From Macrostomum lignano (lineage: Eukaryota), in the NCBI GenBank assembly GCA_002269645.1, contig NIVC01001690.1:1-64000 (forward strand): a DNA stretch of 64,000 nucleotides, given 5' to 3'. Position 1 is the stretch's first letter, and every line of letters starts with the position of its first letter. The notes beneath the pieces were generated by a model. It saw only the letters and a list, made by a program, of their open reading frames with translations. It had not been told where the DNA came from and did not search any database. This document shows, one piece after another, positions 1-12,863 of this stretch. Both the position numbers and the translations under genes were made by a program.

Positions 1-379
1 TTTTTCAAGATTTAAGTATTTTGGGACACAATTTCTTGCACTAAAAACCAATATACACAAAACTTAAAGAAGCAAAATTGAAAGATATTACAAATTCTGG
101 AAATAATTTTTTTTAAGAAAGTCAGGCGTTTCTGCTAACAACCTTATCGAAAAAGCAAAATTTCTAGTAAATAACTTTTGACAAAAATGTTTTTTTAAAG
201 CTAAACTACTTTAAGTAGGAAAAATTTCTGCAAGAGAACTTTATAGAGAAAGAAACTATTTAAAAAAGACAAATTTACTAAAATAAATTTTAAAAATAAT
301 TTTCGAAGAAAACAGCTATTCTAAGAAAGGAAGAGATTCAAATTAGTGATCATCAATTCTTGGAAAGTTCACAAACCAA

Positions 380-840
380 ACCTGCAATCTGGCCTGGTCT
401 GCTGCAGCATTCGGTCGAACCACCGCGTTCATCAGCGCAGTGCAGCCGGGATAAGTCATTCTGATTCCGATTGTTTTGGCACTAGCAACCGACTGGCCGG
501 CCCTAGCAACCAATCCAACGGATGAGGCACCGGTTCGGCTGGCCCAGAAGCAGGCTGAAGAGGCTGAGTTTGAGTCGCTTTGAACTCAAACTGCCAAGCC
601 CAGAAGTCGAAGTCGTACTTGGACAGAGATTCTTTGTCCTCGGCTGTGAAGCCGCGTCGAGCCTTGCGCAACGATTGCGTAAAAGCGAATAGGTGGGATT
701 GAGGCTGCGGCCAGGGTGCGGCAGCAGGCGGCGCACAGCAGGAGGCAGACGGCACGATGGAGTAGGAACAGAGCCGACTGGGGCAGCGGAGTGACAGCTG
801 GTCCGCTGCGGTGGTAGGGCAGCGTTGTTTTATTGATAGA
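380..840 (-). other. GC-rich island, possible exon of an unidentified gene
   Basis: GC/CpG-rich segment in AT-rich surroundings with overlapping minus-strand ORFs (e.g. SLRKARRGFTAEDKESLSKYDFDFWAWQF); no recognisable domain, frame uncertain. Confidence 0.2.
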
Positions 841-848
841 ATGGATCC

Positions 849-974
849 ACTGAGGATCTGGTAGGCTGGCCCAGCAACTGAGGATCTGGGAGGCTGGCCC
901 AGCAACTGAGGATCTAGTAGGCTGGCCCAGCAACTGAGGATCTGGGAGGCTGGCCTAGCAACTGAGGATCTGGG
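849..974. repeat. 28-bp tandem repeat, ~4.5 copies
   Basis: ACTGAGGATCTGG(G/T)AGGCTGGCCCAGCA starting at 849, 877, 905, 933, 961. Confidence 0.9.
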
Positions 975-1813
975 TGCAATACTACAGTGGAATACTCAAT
1001 TGTAATATGAGACAACTTTCAAGTGTAGTTGGTTAACAGGCTAACTACTTAGTAGTATAGTAAGCAAATTTCAGCCTACATTAGAAGACAGTATAATGTG
1101 GACAATCACAGCAATCAGATGAACAAATTAACAAACCTGAGGAGTAGAGCGCCTGTTTCAGCATGTACGGCAAAGCCATTGGCCAGCCCCATTGGGCCAA
1201 GCCAATGCAAAATCGTGTCTAAAACAGTGTGGCAATTGAAATGGTCTCATTTATGGCAACTTACTCTATCTAGACTAGATACCAAATAAAGCAAGGATAA
1301 AACTTACTGTTCCAAAAATATAATCAGGAATGGCTTCAAAGATGTTTGCTTCATATGGCTGGCTCTAAAATAAAAAAATAAAAAATGACATCAGATTAGT
1401 CTATGCAACATCTGATTTGATTTGAATCTTAAATGTACTTACTTGGCTACTTGAGTCCAAGTAGCGATAGAGCCTTGGTCCAGAAATAAAATCCCAAATT
1501 TTTGACATCTGGAAGAAATAGCTGAGTAATAAATAAGTTTGCCTTTAAGGATCATAGGCTATAGAAAAAGTATTGAATAAACTTAATTTAGAGTTAATTC
1601 AACAAATAGATTGAACACATTGAATTGAACAGCCTTTCAAAGTAAAGTCAAAATAGATTACATACACAACTTTTTTCAGTTTTATTCATTAGGTGGAACT
1701 TAGTTCTTTGACAAGAATGCAGCATTGCTGCATATGACTTCTGAATGAAAATTATTTTTTTCTTGCTTTCTAGGATAGAATTCTTATAATTTGGAATGTC
1801 TAATGGAACTATG

Positions 1814-2681
1814 CAGTGTTGGGCACCGTTAATGAAAATCTTAACTTTCGTTAATAGCAAAAGCATTTGCGTTAAAACAAAAAAAATCTTAACTTTTAAC
1901 TCCTAATTTTGTTAAGTTAACTGATAATCGTTAATAAGCATTATTCTGTTAAAGTTAACACAGAAAATATGGAAATCTTGCACATTTTTTCCAAAACAGA
2001 CTTTGTAATGTACGTCTTTGCTATTCCATCTTTTTAGCGAAACACAGGTCATCTAAGCAATTTGAAAGCTAAAAAAGTAATAAATAATCATTTTAAAAAA
2101 CTTGCATGCATAATACTACTAAAAGTAAAGCATATGGTAAAAAAGTAACTTTTTTATTTGAAACTTAAAAGCTAATAATGAGAAATTCATAATTAAATAC
2201 ACATAGGAAGGTTGTTTCAGTACTATTAGCAGGCGCAACAGAAAGTTGCGAAAGATTGGGACAGAAGTGAATCAAAGCGATCGATGCTCATGCGCAAGAA
2301 ATAAAGTTTCACACTATTTTAATTCATTATTTTAAAGTTTATTTGTAAGAAGTTGTTAATTACATATACATCTGTATGATCATCGTCATAAATAAAGAGA
2401 TTAAATTTAGGCATATAGGTAAGCTCAAATACATTTGTAATGTTTAAACTTCTTGTAAGACTTACATTTTTCGTTCCTTCTTTGCGTCTTTGGTCATTGA
2501 CATAGACACTACCGTTAACGATGAATTTATTGTTAATTCACAAAATTTTTAACACAAATTCGTTAATTTGTTAGTTCAAAAAAATCTTAACGACAGTCCG
2601 TTAATGTTAATGAAAAATATTAATGCTTATTAACACTTATTAACAGATTAACGCTTATTAATGGACTAGTGCCCAACACTG
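1814..2681. mobile_element. Non-autonomous hAT-type DNA transposon (MITE)
   Basis: 13-bp TIR CAGTGTTGGGCAC...GTGCCCAACACTG; perfect 8-bp TSD GAACTATG (1806-1813, 2682-2689); subterminal TTAAC/CGTTAA motifs; no ORF. Confidence 0.9.
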
Positions 2682-5644
2682 GAACTATGCAATTTATTAA
2701 TCATATACAAAACAATATCTCCTTGTTGCATTTTATGATTTTGGATGACTTAATAAATAACAAATGGTAGATAGTTTTCTTAGAAAGCTTAATTCAAATT
2801 CCTGTCAAATTTGTTTTTACTATATTCATTTTCATTCTATGTGTGATTATTATCTTACTAGTAACTATTGTGCATTTGTACTTTTTTAATATAAATTTGA
2901 CACATTTTGTTTTTAAGGCTTATCCTTGTTTGTTTTAACTAATTAATGCTTTTGTTATGCCATAAAGTTGGCATAAAGAAACTCAAGGTTTATTTTAACA
3001 AGCAAGTAGCCTATTTAATAATGACACAAGCAGGGGCTAAGAGAATACCAAAATAGAGTCACATAATGACAGTTAACTATATACAAGTTTGTAGAAGCTT
3101 AGGGGATGGCCAATCAGAGCAAAGGGAGAGAAAAAAATGGTGACTGGTATGTAGCGCTCCAGAACTATAGCTTATTTCTTATTCTATTTTTTCTTTTTTG
3201 ACCATTTGTGTTTTTTCTTTTATATCAATTTTTTAATTTTCTATTTTTTATCTTAAGCATCCCTGTTTAAATTTTTAGTTCATTGTTGATTAGGCTAATT
3301 TTGAAATATACTCCTTAGCTACCCTGTCACCTAGGGCCTAACTAAAACCGCTAAGCTTGCCAGGTGTCACACATAAATAGGTCCCTAGGCCTAGGTAAAA
3401 AGATGCTAAATATGCACTTGAAGAATACATTTAGATACTGATACATAAGATATATATAATTTAGGGCTTATGTATAGAGTATACAAATTTATTATAAGTA
3501 ATATTATTATAAAATATTTTTTATATATTTCTAGTTAGGTACTTGCAATGTGGGGTTATATCTAATCTATGTCTACAACTATGTAGTGCATACAATAGGC
3601 CCTATTAACTAAACCATATAGGCCTATATATATCTTGCTTGTCTCAAACTTTGATTTAAAAAGATCAGATTTTTAGCTAAGGGCAAGAAACAAAATAAAA
3701 AGTTATTAGTAGTTACCTGTCCTGTCCTGTCCTAGGTAAGGCTTATAATATTATAAAATATTAGGCCTAGGCCTAGTAGGCCTAACTACACAATACAATA
3801 GACTTAAGAGTATACTATGCTATGGGTATAGTTACTTACAAAAGTACTAGTATTATGACAATTGACAAATATTATACGCTAGGCTTATTCCTAATCTTAT
3901 ACCCACAATTATGGCATTCTTTCGTCCAGCAATTCCCTATGTTATATACTCAGTTTCGTTTTAAAATCCCATTAAAATGAGTGAAAAGGTGACATAGTTT
4001 ATCAGACAAAAGATGTCATAGTATTTGTATTTTGTTCAATGTTTTATTTCAAAATCCACATCGGGCCACACAGACATCGGGTAGGTCTCAATTTGATAAA
4101 AGAAACCAGAATCAACCAAACCGAAGAATAAAATTTCTATGATAACTATGTTAGGCCTAGGGTTCCAGTTAGAACAACAATCAACTCGATAACATTTAGT
4201 AGGCCTAGTATAGTATGAGGTAAGGTAAGCCTAGCCTAAATAGGTTAGGAAATGACACTAGAGGGGTAAATGTACAGAACTTATGAAAGACCACCATTGA
4301 TTGACTATCAACACTGCGACTTGCGCCATGCCAACTACGCATACGACAGATACATATGTACACCGTACACGTTCACGTAGAGCGCAGTGCAGACTGATTA
4401 TTATACTAGGGCTGCTTCGATGATGAGTAAAAAGATTTGTTTCAAATTTAAATCCTCAATATGACGCCTGTCCAATCAATATAACTATTTATATTAATGC
4501 TGGTGCATGCATTTTTATATTCAAATGAAGTTGTGGTAAAAATGAAAGTATTGTACGGTTTTTACTTAAGTAGAAAAATGTTATAATCGGTACCTAAATT
4601 TTGATTGTTTAAAAATTCTTAGGACCGTTTCATTTCATATGAATTATGAATTCATATTAAATTCTAAAACGGGCTTGATCAAACTGTACTATGCTGAAAA
4701 TTGAAGGCAATCAACAGTTATAAATTATATCTATAGTCCCTAAGACTTATCTATATAAATATTTATGCATATCAATATATACAGCATGTACGAACTAGTG
4801 GATTCTCAAATAAAAAATAAGCGTGCAAGTCATGGACGTAATACTGTTTTGACATATAAGTCATACTCATATGGTTTCATTAAGGAAAGTGAAAACCGCA
4901 TTGTTTTTTATTTTGCACGTGACGCCAATCGACACATCTTTACATGGATTATATTACGACTTTTAAACAAGGACTACACAAGTTATAGGACGCTGCATAT
5001 TTTAATCGTGCAAATAAATTCAGTTTTTTATTTTAAGCTTGTGGATCAACTAGGGCCATAAGACACTACTAGCTGTGTATTGAATAACATTTATTGACAA
5101 TTTTTACATAGATGTTAATTATTAGTATAGTAGAGGTCTAGAATAAATTGAAAATTTTGCGTAATAACAAACGCGTCACAATAAAAGAGCACATTAATGA
5201 AGCTTTATTCAATATTAGCGAGAAAAACCAAATAACAACACGGATGGAGCTTTACCTGACAGAGACTGTTGACAGAGACTGCTGAGCGTAAAACAAAGGA
5301 AAAAAATTCTGAAGACCTGATTTTAATTCAGCCAAGATGTATTGCCATCGAAAAGCCAAGTATTTCGATGGCTTTGGAAAAGTATTTGTGATTTCTTGTC
5401 TATTTGAACTTCCAATGAACGTCCTCTTAACTTAAAGGTCCTTTCTGTGATTCTGTGAGCTCAGCGGGTGACTTCACAAATCCCCAAAGTTCAAATTCGC
5501 AAAGTCTCATTTTGACTACGTAGATAGATAAACAATGGGTAAGTACGAGCGTAAACAGACAGACAGACACTCCGCTCCCCCAATTAAACGTGTCAGCACA
5601 CAGCAACCCTTAGTCGGGCAGCAAAGCAGGTGTCTATAAATAAA

Positions 5645-8388
5645 TCATCGCTTGGCGAAGCCGCCCATTCTGGCCGGGTCCTGGCTGGGGTAGCTGCTGC
5701 TGCCACCGCCGCTCGATGACAGCCCTGGCAGCAGGCTGGGAACACCTGGCGGTAGTGGCTCAGTTGAAGCCGCACTACCCGATGCTGAAGCTTTCGAAGT
5801 CGAAGCCGCAGCCGCGGACGATGACTCCGACGACGGTCCAGCCTCCAGAGCGGCCAGCGCGGCCTCCTCTCGCTGCTGTTGAATAGTGGCGTATTTAGTC
5901 ATGAGCTTGTTAGCCACGGGATCGTTTGTGCCGTGGTAGCGATCGCGGATGTTCTGCTCGGACAGCGGGTCGTCGGGATCTGTTGGGCGCTCGTGCCTGT
6001 GGGATGGACAGGTGAAAGCTTTTCAGTTTTTCAACACTCATGTCGTTCGTTACCTGGTGAATGGAACTTTTAGTGAATGGGCACAGGTGAGTAGCACAGG
6101 GGAACAGGTGGGTAGCATTGGGGGCACAGATGAGTAGCATAGGGGGCACAGGTGAGTAGCATAGGGGGCACAGGTGAGTAGCACAGGGGCACAGGTGAGT
6201 AGCACAGGTGAGTAGCACAGGGGAACAGGTAGGTAGCACAGGGGGCACAGGTGAGTAGCACAGGTGCACAGGTGAGTAGCACAGGGGCACATGTGAGTAG
6301 CACAGGAAAACAGGTGAGTAGCACAGGGGCACAGGTGAGTGGCACAGGGGCACAGGTGAGTAGCACAGGGGAACAGGTGAGTAGCACAGGAGCACATGTG
6401 AGTGGCACAGGGGCACAGGTGAGTAGCACAGGGGCACAGGTGAGTAGCACAGGGCGCACAGGTGAGTAGCACAGGGGCACATGTGAGTGGCACAGGGGCA
6501 CAGGTCAGTGGCACAGGGGTACAATCCAACCGCTCACCTATACGGACACTCCTCGCCGCGTCTGCATTCGCCTTTAACGTAGAAGCTGCAAATATGCGGC
6601 CGGTTCCGCTTATAATATGGCGTAGTTCTGGCCAGCCGGTGCAGCATCTCCGAGGATGGCGCCGGAGCCTTACCGCCGCCGCCGCTGCCGCCTGCTAGGG
6701 CTGCCAGCGCGCCGCTGCCACCAACGCCGCTGCCGCCACCCCCGCCGCCGGCCGTCAGAGCGCCGGCAGTCAGAGCCTGGTTCTGTGTTCAGGTTGTTAT
6801 GTATCTTTTTGGAGTATATTTGTTTTTATTTTTAATAAATAATAAATTGCTTTACACGGTGTGGGTGAGTGAGTAATTGAGTAAGTGAGTGAGCGAGTAA
6901 GTGAGTAATTGAATGAGTGATAAAGTAAGTGAGTAAGTGAGTGACTGATTGAGTGAGTGATTAAGTGATTGAGTGAGTGATTGAGTGAGTGATTAAGTGA
7001 TTGAGTGAGTGATTGAGTGAGTGAGTGACTGATTGAGTGATTGAGTGATTGAGTGATTGAGTGAGTGAGTGATTGAGTGATTGAGTGATTGAGTGAGTGA
7101 GTGAGTGATGGAGTGAGTGTGTGAGTGAGTGATTAAGTAAGTGATTGAGTAAGTGATTGAGTGATTGAGTAAGTGAGTGTCAGTGAGTGAGTGAGTGATG
7201 AGTGATTAAGTAAGCGATTGAGTGACTGAGTGAGTGATTGAGTAAGTGAGGGAGTATCGATGTGAATAACTATGAGAAAGTGAAGGAGGGTGTGAATAAC
7301 TATGAGCAAGTGAAGGAGAGTGTGAATAACTATGAGCAAGTGAAGGAGGGTGTGAATAACTATGAGCAAGTGAAGGAGGGTGTGAATAACTATGAGCAAG
7401 TGAAGGAGGGTGTGAATAACTATGAGCAAGTGAAAGAGGGTGTGAATAACTAATGAGCAAGTGAAGGAGGGTGTGAATAACTATGAGCAAGTGAAGGAGG
7501 GTGTGAATAACTATGAGCAAAGGAAGGAGGGTGTGAATAACTATGAGCAAGTGAAGGAGGGTGTGAATGCCTATGAGAAAGTGAAGGAGGGTGTGAATAA
7601 CTATGAGCAAGTGAAGGAGGGTGTGAATAACTATGAGCAAGTGAAGGAGGGTGTGAATAACTATGAGCAAGTGAAGGAGGGTGTGAATAACTATGAGCAA
7701 GTGAAGGAGGGTGCGAATAACTATGAGCAAGTGAAGGAGGGTGTGAATGCCTATGAGCAAGTGAAGGAGGGTGTGAATAACTATGAGCAAGTGAAGGAGG
7801 GTGTGAATAACTATGAGCAAGTGAAGGAGGGTGTGAATAACTATGAGCAAGTGAAGGAGGGTGTGACTGCCTAGATTGGTGAGTATACGACTGGTTAAAT
7901 GACGTGATAGCATCAAAAACAAGCATTGCACTCATTGCATAATTTATGAATAAATTAAAATACAGTGCAATGTACACAGTTCTCACCTGCCATGGCACAG
8001 TTGGGTCGTCAGCCAGCACTCGTTCAACCTGCTGCATATAATACTCGCGCCCCACATCGGATTTAGGCAGTTTCTCGTTAATCTTAAGCGCTTTATCCCG
8101 AACCTCAACTGGCAGTCCATACTGCAGGTCCAGAATGCAGGTCTGGCAGACATTTTTAATCTTAGCGCAGGTCTGACAGACTTCTGTCTTTTTAAACCGC
8201 GACTTTGGCCCGGGACACCAGCGGAACACGGTGAATGGCCTGGTGCAAATCTTGCACTCTTTACCATAGCGCTCCTTCATCATTCTTAAGTAGGGATTTT
8301 CTCCCAGACAAGTCTGGCACAGGATGGGAAACTCCGCATCCTCCCAGTTCTGTCGATTGTAAGTGTTGGTGCCTTTGGAGTGAGCCAT
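5645..8388 (-). CDS. RBM22: Pre-mRNA splicing factor RBM22 homologue, 3 exons, ~330 aa, RRM absent
   Basis: Exons 8388-7987, 6776-6538, 5996-5645 with GT-AG introns join in frame. Contains [79 protein letters not shown] and terminal [10 protein letters not shown], all matching RBM22. Confidence 0.95.
6082..6520. repeat. ~21-22-bp minisatellite in RBM22 intron 2
   Basis: GCACAGGTGAGTAGCACAGGG units. Confidence 0.9.
6862..7258. repeat. (TGAG/TGAT)n microsatellite in RBM22 intron 1
   Basis: Degenerate GAGT/GATT tetramer array. Confidence 0.9.
7259..7869. repeat. 30-bp minisatellite, ~20 copies, RBM22 intron 1
   Basis: GTGTGAATAACTATGAGCAAGTGAAGGAGG units, highly homogeneous. Confidence 0.95.
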
Positions 8389-8599
8389 GCCAGCTGCAAA
8401 GGGGATTTTTGGATGGCTTGGCTGAGTATTTTAATAATAATAATAATAATTTGCCCATAAACCGATTCAAAGCTAGATTTTTTGGCCTATTTTTATGGCA
8501 TATCAGCATACATGCCATAGTTTGGATTGTGTATTAGTGTACATTGGGTGCAGTGCAGTGAAAGAAAAAGTACATGACCACATTTGTATACCAGGGCCT

Positions 8600-10355
8600 A
8601 AAAATGTTTTTAACTTTGTAAACCAAAGTTGTACACTTTTTCATTCTTGAATTTATTAATAATGCAGAGTAACAAACTTAAAAAATTTACCATTTTTCAA
8701 CATGCACTGAGAAGAGACAATTATAAAGGAAGTACTTTAAATACTTTTATTGAAAAACTGAGATTGAGATAGAAATTAAAAAATTGAGAAATATATGTTT
8801 TTTAAGGTACAATGTTCAAATTGCTTTTTAATTAATTTTTTTCTTTGTTCTGTGAATCCATATTGATTGTGTTGTATACCAGGCATATAACAAGGGTCTT
8901 ACCATTTTTCAGCATATATCAGGGTATATCCCATCCAGGCTTCCCAGCATACATGACACAGTGGATACATTGTGTATTGTATTGTTTGTTTGTATTGGTG
9001 CACAAACCCAGCATACAAACAAGGTCTTGTCATTTTTCTGGCATTAAACCTGCTATACACTAATACACAATCCAAACTATGGGTTGTATATAATATATTT
9101 TATGTAAAGTTACTGTATTTGATCCTAACATATATGCAAATATGTATAAATAAGCCTCAATTTTTATTATAAAGTTTCTTAGAGAATTTCATTTTAAAAT
9201 ACTACTGTTGTTATATTAATGCAAAATTTTTACTATAAAAATAAGCCAGTTTAAAGCCAAGAGAATAAACTCATTTTTATTTCCACTTCTTGCTCAGCTT
9301 TTCAAAGCCTTTTACTTCATGTGCTCCAGGCATTCTATTTGGAAACAAAAGTCAATCAGCCTTAGGGCTTGTATTTGCTCTTGTGTTACTTATTTTTAGT
9401 TGTAGATAGTGACTTAGGAATAGCCCCAAGATTAGGAGAATTCAATCTGTTCTTAGATAATGAGATATCTAGATTTAGAATATGAGAAATTTCCTTAGAA
9501 GGCAAAAATCCTACCACAGGGTAGAATAGTCCAGACTCAGAGTCTAAGAAACCTACTGCAGGGTAGAATACCCAGCAAGTAAGCTATGACCCTCTGATTC
9601 CAAGAACACCCAGGACTAAGAGAATAAAAATCTTTAGAAGAGTATAGGGATAGAATAGACAATGCCATAAGACCACTTAGGCTAGAAGTACAGTATATGT
9701 ATATATGCTACTAGTAGTTGATAAGTATATATACTACCAGCAATACTAATATCTAAAAAAGTACAAGTATTATAAAATCATTATAACTTGGCAACTTTTT
9801 AGGAAATTATAAGGAAAGAAGAAACAGCTCTACCACAGCTAATGCCAGTAGTAAGATCATCTCAAAGGATAGGCATTAGCCCTAGGACATATGCCATAGG
9901 TCTATCTAAGCCAAAAGTTTCTACTATGTCATATATGCAGGGATTTATGTTGATATATATAGAAAAATTTTGGTAAATAGCCTACCCTTATTATATGCCA
10001 GGAAATCTCCAATATATGTCACTTTCCAAATTATAGTGTACATTAAAATCAAATAGTGACTTAATATAAAATATATTAAGGGCCTATATGCAACACCATC
10101 AATATAGAATAAGCAAAGAATAACAAAAAGCTTTTTAAACTTTTTATATTTTAAACTTTGTGCCTTAACCTTATTTTTTCTTATTTTTAGCCAGTTAAAA
10201 TTTTTAAAGTACTTCTTTTATAATTGTCTTTTCTCAATCCATATTGCAAAATTATATAATTTTTGTTTGTTAGGCTACTTTATATGAATAATGAATTCTA
10301 GAATAAAAAACAATAGTAAGCCTACAACTTTGGCATACATAGTTAAAAAATTTTT
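8600..10355. mobile_element. Degenerate foldback/long-TIR element remnant
   Basis: Diverged inverted arms ~8600-8830 and ~10140-10355, e.g. TGAGAAGAGACAATTATAAAGGAAGTACTTT vs AAAGTACTTCTTTTATAATTGTCTTTTCTCA; ends and TSD not resolvable. Confidence 0.5.
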
Positions 10356-12863
10356 GTCTTAGAAGACTTTCTCTCCTATTAGTTAGGCCTAGACCTAGGA
10401 CCTAGCATATATTAATACACGATCTAAACTATGCTTTTGCTTGTGGTAGATCTCAAGTCTCAAAAATCTTAAAATACAATATTGTCCAACTGCTAATCCT
10501 TGGCTTTATTAGGGCCTAGATATACTTTTATTATAAATAAAGTGATAAAAAGCAAAAAATGACATATTGGGTATAGAAATTTGTTAAATAAAAGTTATAA
10601 AAATATTAGTAAAAAAGTTTTCAACCAGTCTTTCAGATAGTGCTAGCCTAAAAAATGAAATGCTTATTTATATTAGGCTTAGTGTTATTAAAAATATTTG
10701 TTGATAGCCTAACAAAGGTATAGTGTCTAGTGTAGAAAAAAAGCAAAATATACATTGCAAACTAGACAAAAAATGGCATACAATAGTTTTTTATATGCAA
10801 CACATACCAAGTTATGTTATATGGACACTTGGCTACTTTTTGGTAGAAAAACCAAAGTGAGGATGCAACCAGTGGCGCAAGCAGGGGGGACAGTTGCTTT
10901 GCCTAAAGCAAAGACTCAAAAAAATCTAAGGGGGGACCAAGCAAATTTTTGCCAAAAACAGAGCTACCCCTCCGGCCTCTGCCCTCTCTCTCAGGACTTT
11001 ACCTTCTAGAATCTGCCCCTCTCAAAAATTTTCTGGTTGCGCTACTGGATGCAACTTAAAAAACTAGTTTTGGAAAATTGAAATTTAGAGCAAATTAAGC
11101 CTATTTAAACATCAATAAAGACTAGATTTAAGCAGAGTAGCAATTGAAGTGTGTTCTAAGACAAAACAGCAAGAAAAAATTCATCCTTATTTGGCTAGTG
11201 GAAATTTTGTTTTCTTTTTTTCAAACCCTTCTAATGACAGCAATGATTCAACATGTTTGGTTTCAAACAGGGCTTTGCAGTGTCTTGATTGCAATAGACA
11301 CATCCAAAAAAGGTATTCCCACAGAGTGGTTTCTTAGCTTGTAGTTTATGCACTATATGTCTATAGGCAATTGAAAAAAAGTTTTTTTTTCATTATAGAA
11401 AAGAAGCAACAAAGTTTTGAAAGCTGTTTCTAACAGATTTCATATCTAAATACAATGTAATAATCAGTTTGTGTGTAGGCCTAAAGTGTCCTGCATAGGC
11501 ATTTTTGCATTTAAAGTTTTTTTAAGCTACTGACAGTAGAAAATGAGCATTTTTGTATGATTTTTTGCAAGAGAGCAGAACTTTTGTTTATTTTTTACTT
11601 TTTTCTTTTTTCTTCTGCTTTATTATTCAAAATGGCATAGGCCTAAGGCCTACAAACAAGAGGAAACAATGATCTTATTGCTAGATCTTCCCACAACCCC
11701 AATAATGGTACCAATGATTTGGGTAAATGGCAGGAGTAAATACCTTGTAATCTAATTAGTATTCCATTCTTAATTTAGAGTACTAATCAAATGGGCATTT
11801 TTGCAACTTACCTTGGCTAGGCCATTTACCAAGTTACCAGATAGCTAGATTGGCTTAGTGTTGCACCTGCATGATCTATAGGCCTATAAAGATAAAAATA
11901 GAACAATAGTGGTCTAAGGATTAAAATTCCATTTATGGCACCTCATTATTTTGAGAATAGAAGAAAAACTATCAATTGTATTTTGCAAAGCACTAAATTC
12001 CCTAATGCTAGGGGGTCCAGTGAGAAAATTTTTTTTTTGAATTCTTAACTTTTAACTATGCCATTTTGTAGATCTGGATGTTCTGATTGAAATGACACCA
12101 AGGTTTTAAAAATCGGTTCAGTAATAAAAAAAGTTATTGAGGTTTTTCTTCTGAAAAAATGCATCTTTTTCGTATCTCAAATACACTAGAAACTGTGCTG
12201 TTTTTGGAGGAAAAATCATGTTTTTCACAGTAAAATCTGTATAACATTTTTATTTTTCAAATAATCTTGGTGCTTTTGGTGTCATTTTGTAGCATTTTGT
12301 TTCCACTTTTTGATCCTGTATTCTGATGTGTACATGTGCTGCTGGAATTAATGCACTTTAGTGGAGATTGGCAAAAATTTGTTAAATACCATTTTTCCCG
12401 AGATATATTACTTTTACTTATTTAGGGTATATCTCCATAATTCCTGAACCAATCTTATTGTTTTTGGTGTCATTTTGTAGCTCTTTGTTGCCACTTGTGG
12501 ATCTTATATTCTTCTAGGCATATATGCTGCTAGGGTGTATGGAATTCAGTGGAAATGGGAGAAAATAAGTAAATAACTAATTATCCCAGGCCCAGGCCCA
12601 GGGTATAGTCTTTTTTTAGTATAGCCAATATAGGTATATCTCCATTTACCTTATCATATTGATTATTGTCCTACAAATGGTTTCAAATGGCTTTTTTGTC
12701 ATTAGCAGTATTAGTAGAATGAATTAGTAACTTTTACTAAAATGACACAAAGTCACAACATATCCCCATTTGGCCATTTCCATGACCATGCCCATGGCAT
12801 GGGCCATGGGCCATGGCCATGACACTACATGACATTTCAGCCTTTGCATAGCTTCTGGTCATC

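Noticed and set aside
380-840. Displaced RBM22 RRM exon
   Set aside because: No RNP1/RNP2 motifs, and it lies ~5 kb beyond the RBM22 stop
5910-7931. Long ORFs such as CATHLCP..., [10 protein letters not shown]... and [10 protein letters not shown]...
   Set aside because: Stop-free translations of minisatellites in RBM22 introns
7450-7986. C-terminal [10 protein letters not shown] repeats of the 312-aa RBM22 ORF
   Set aside because: Read-through past the exon 1 donor (7986) into intron; the spliced model restores RBM22 homology
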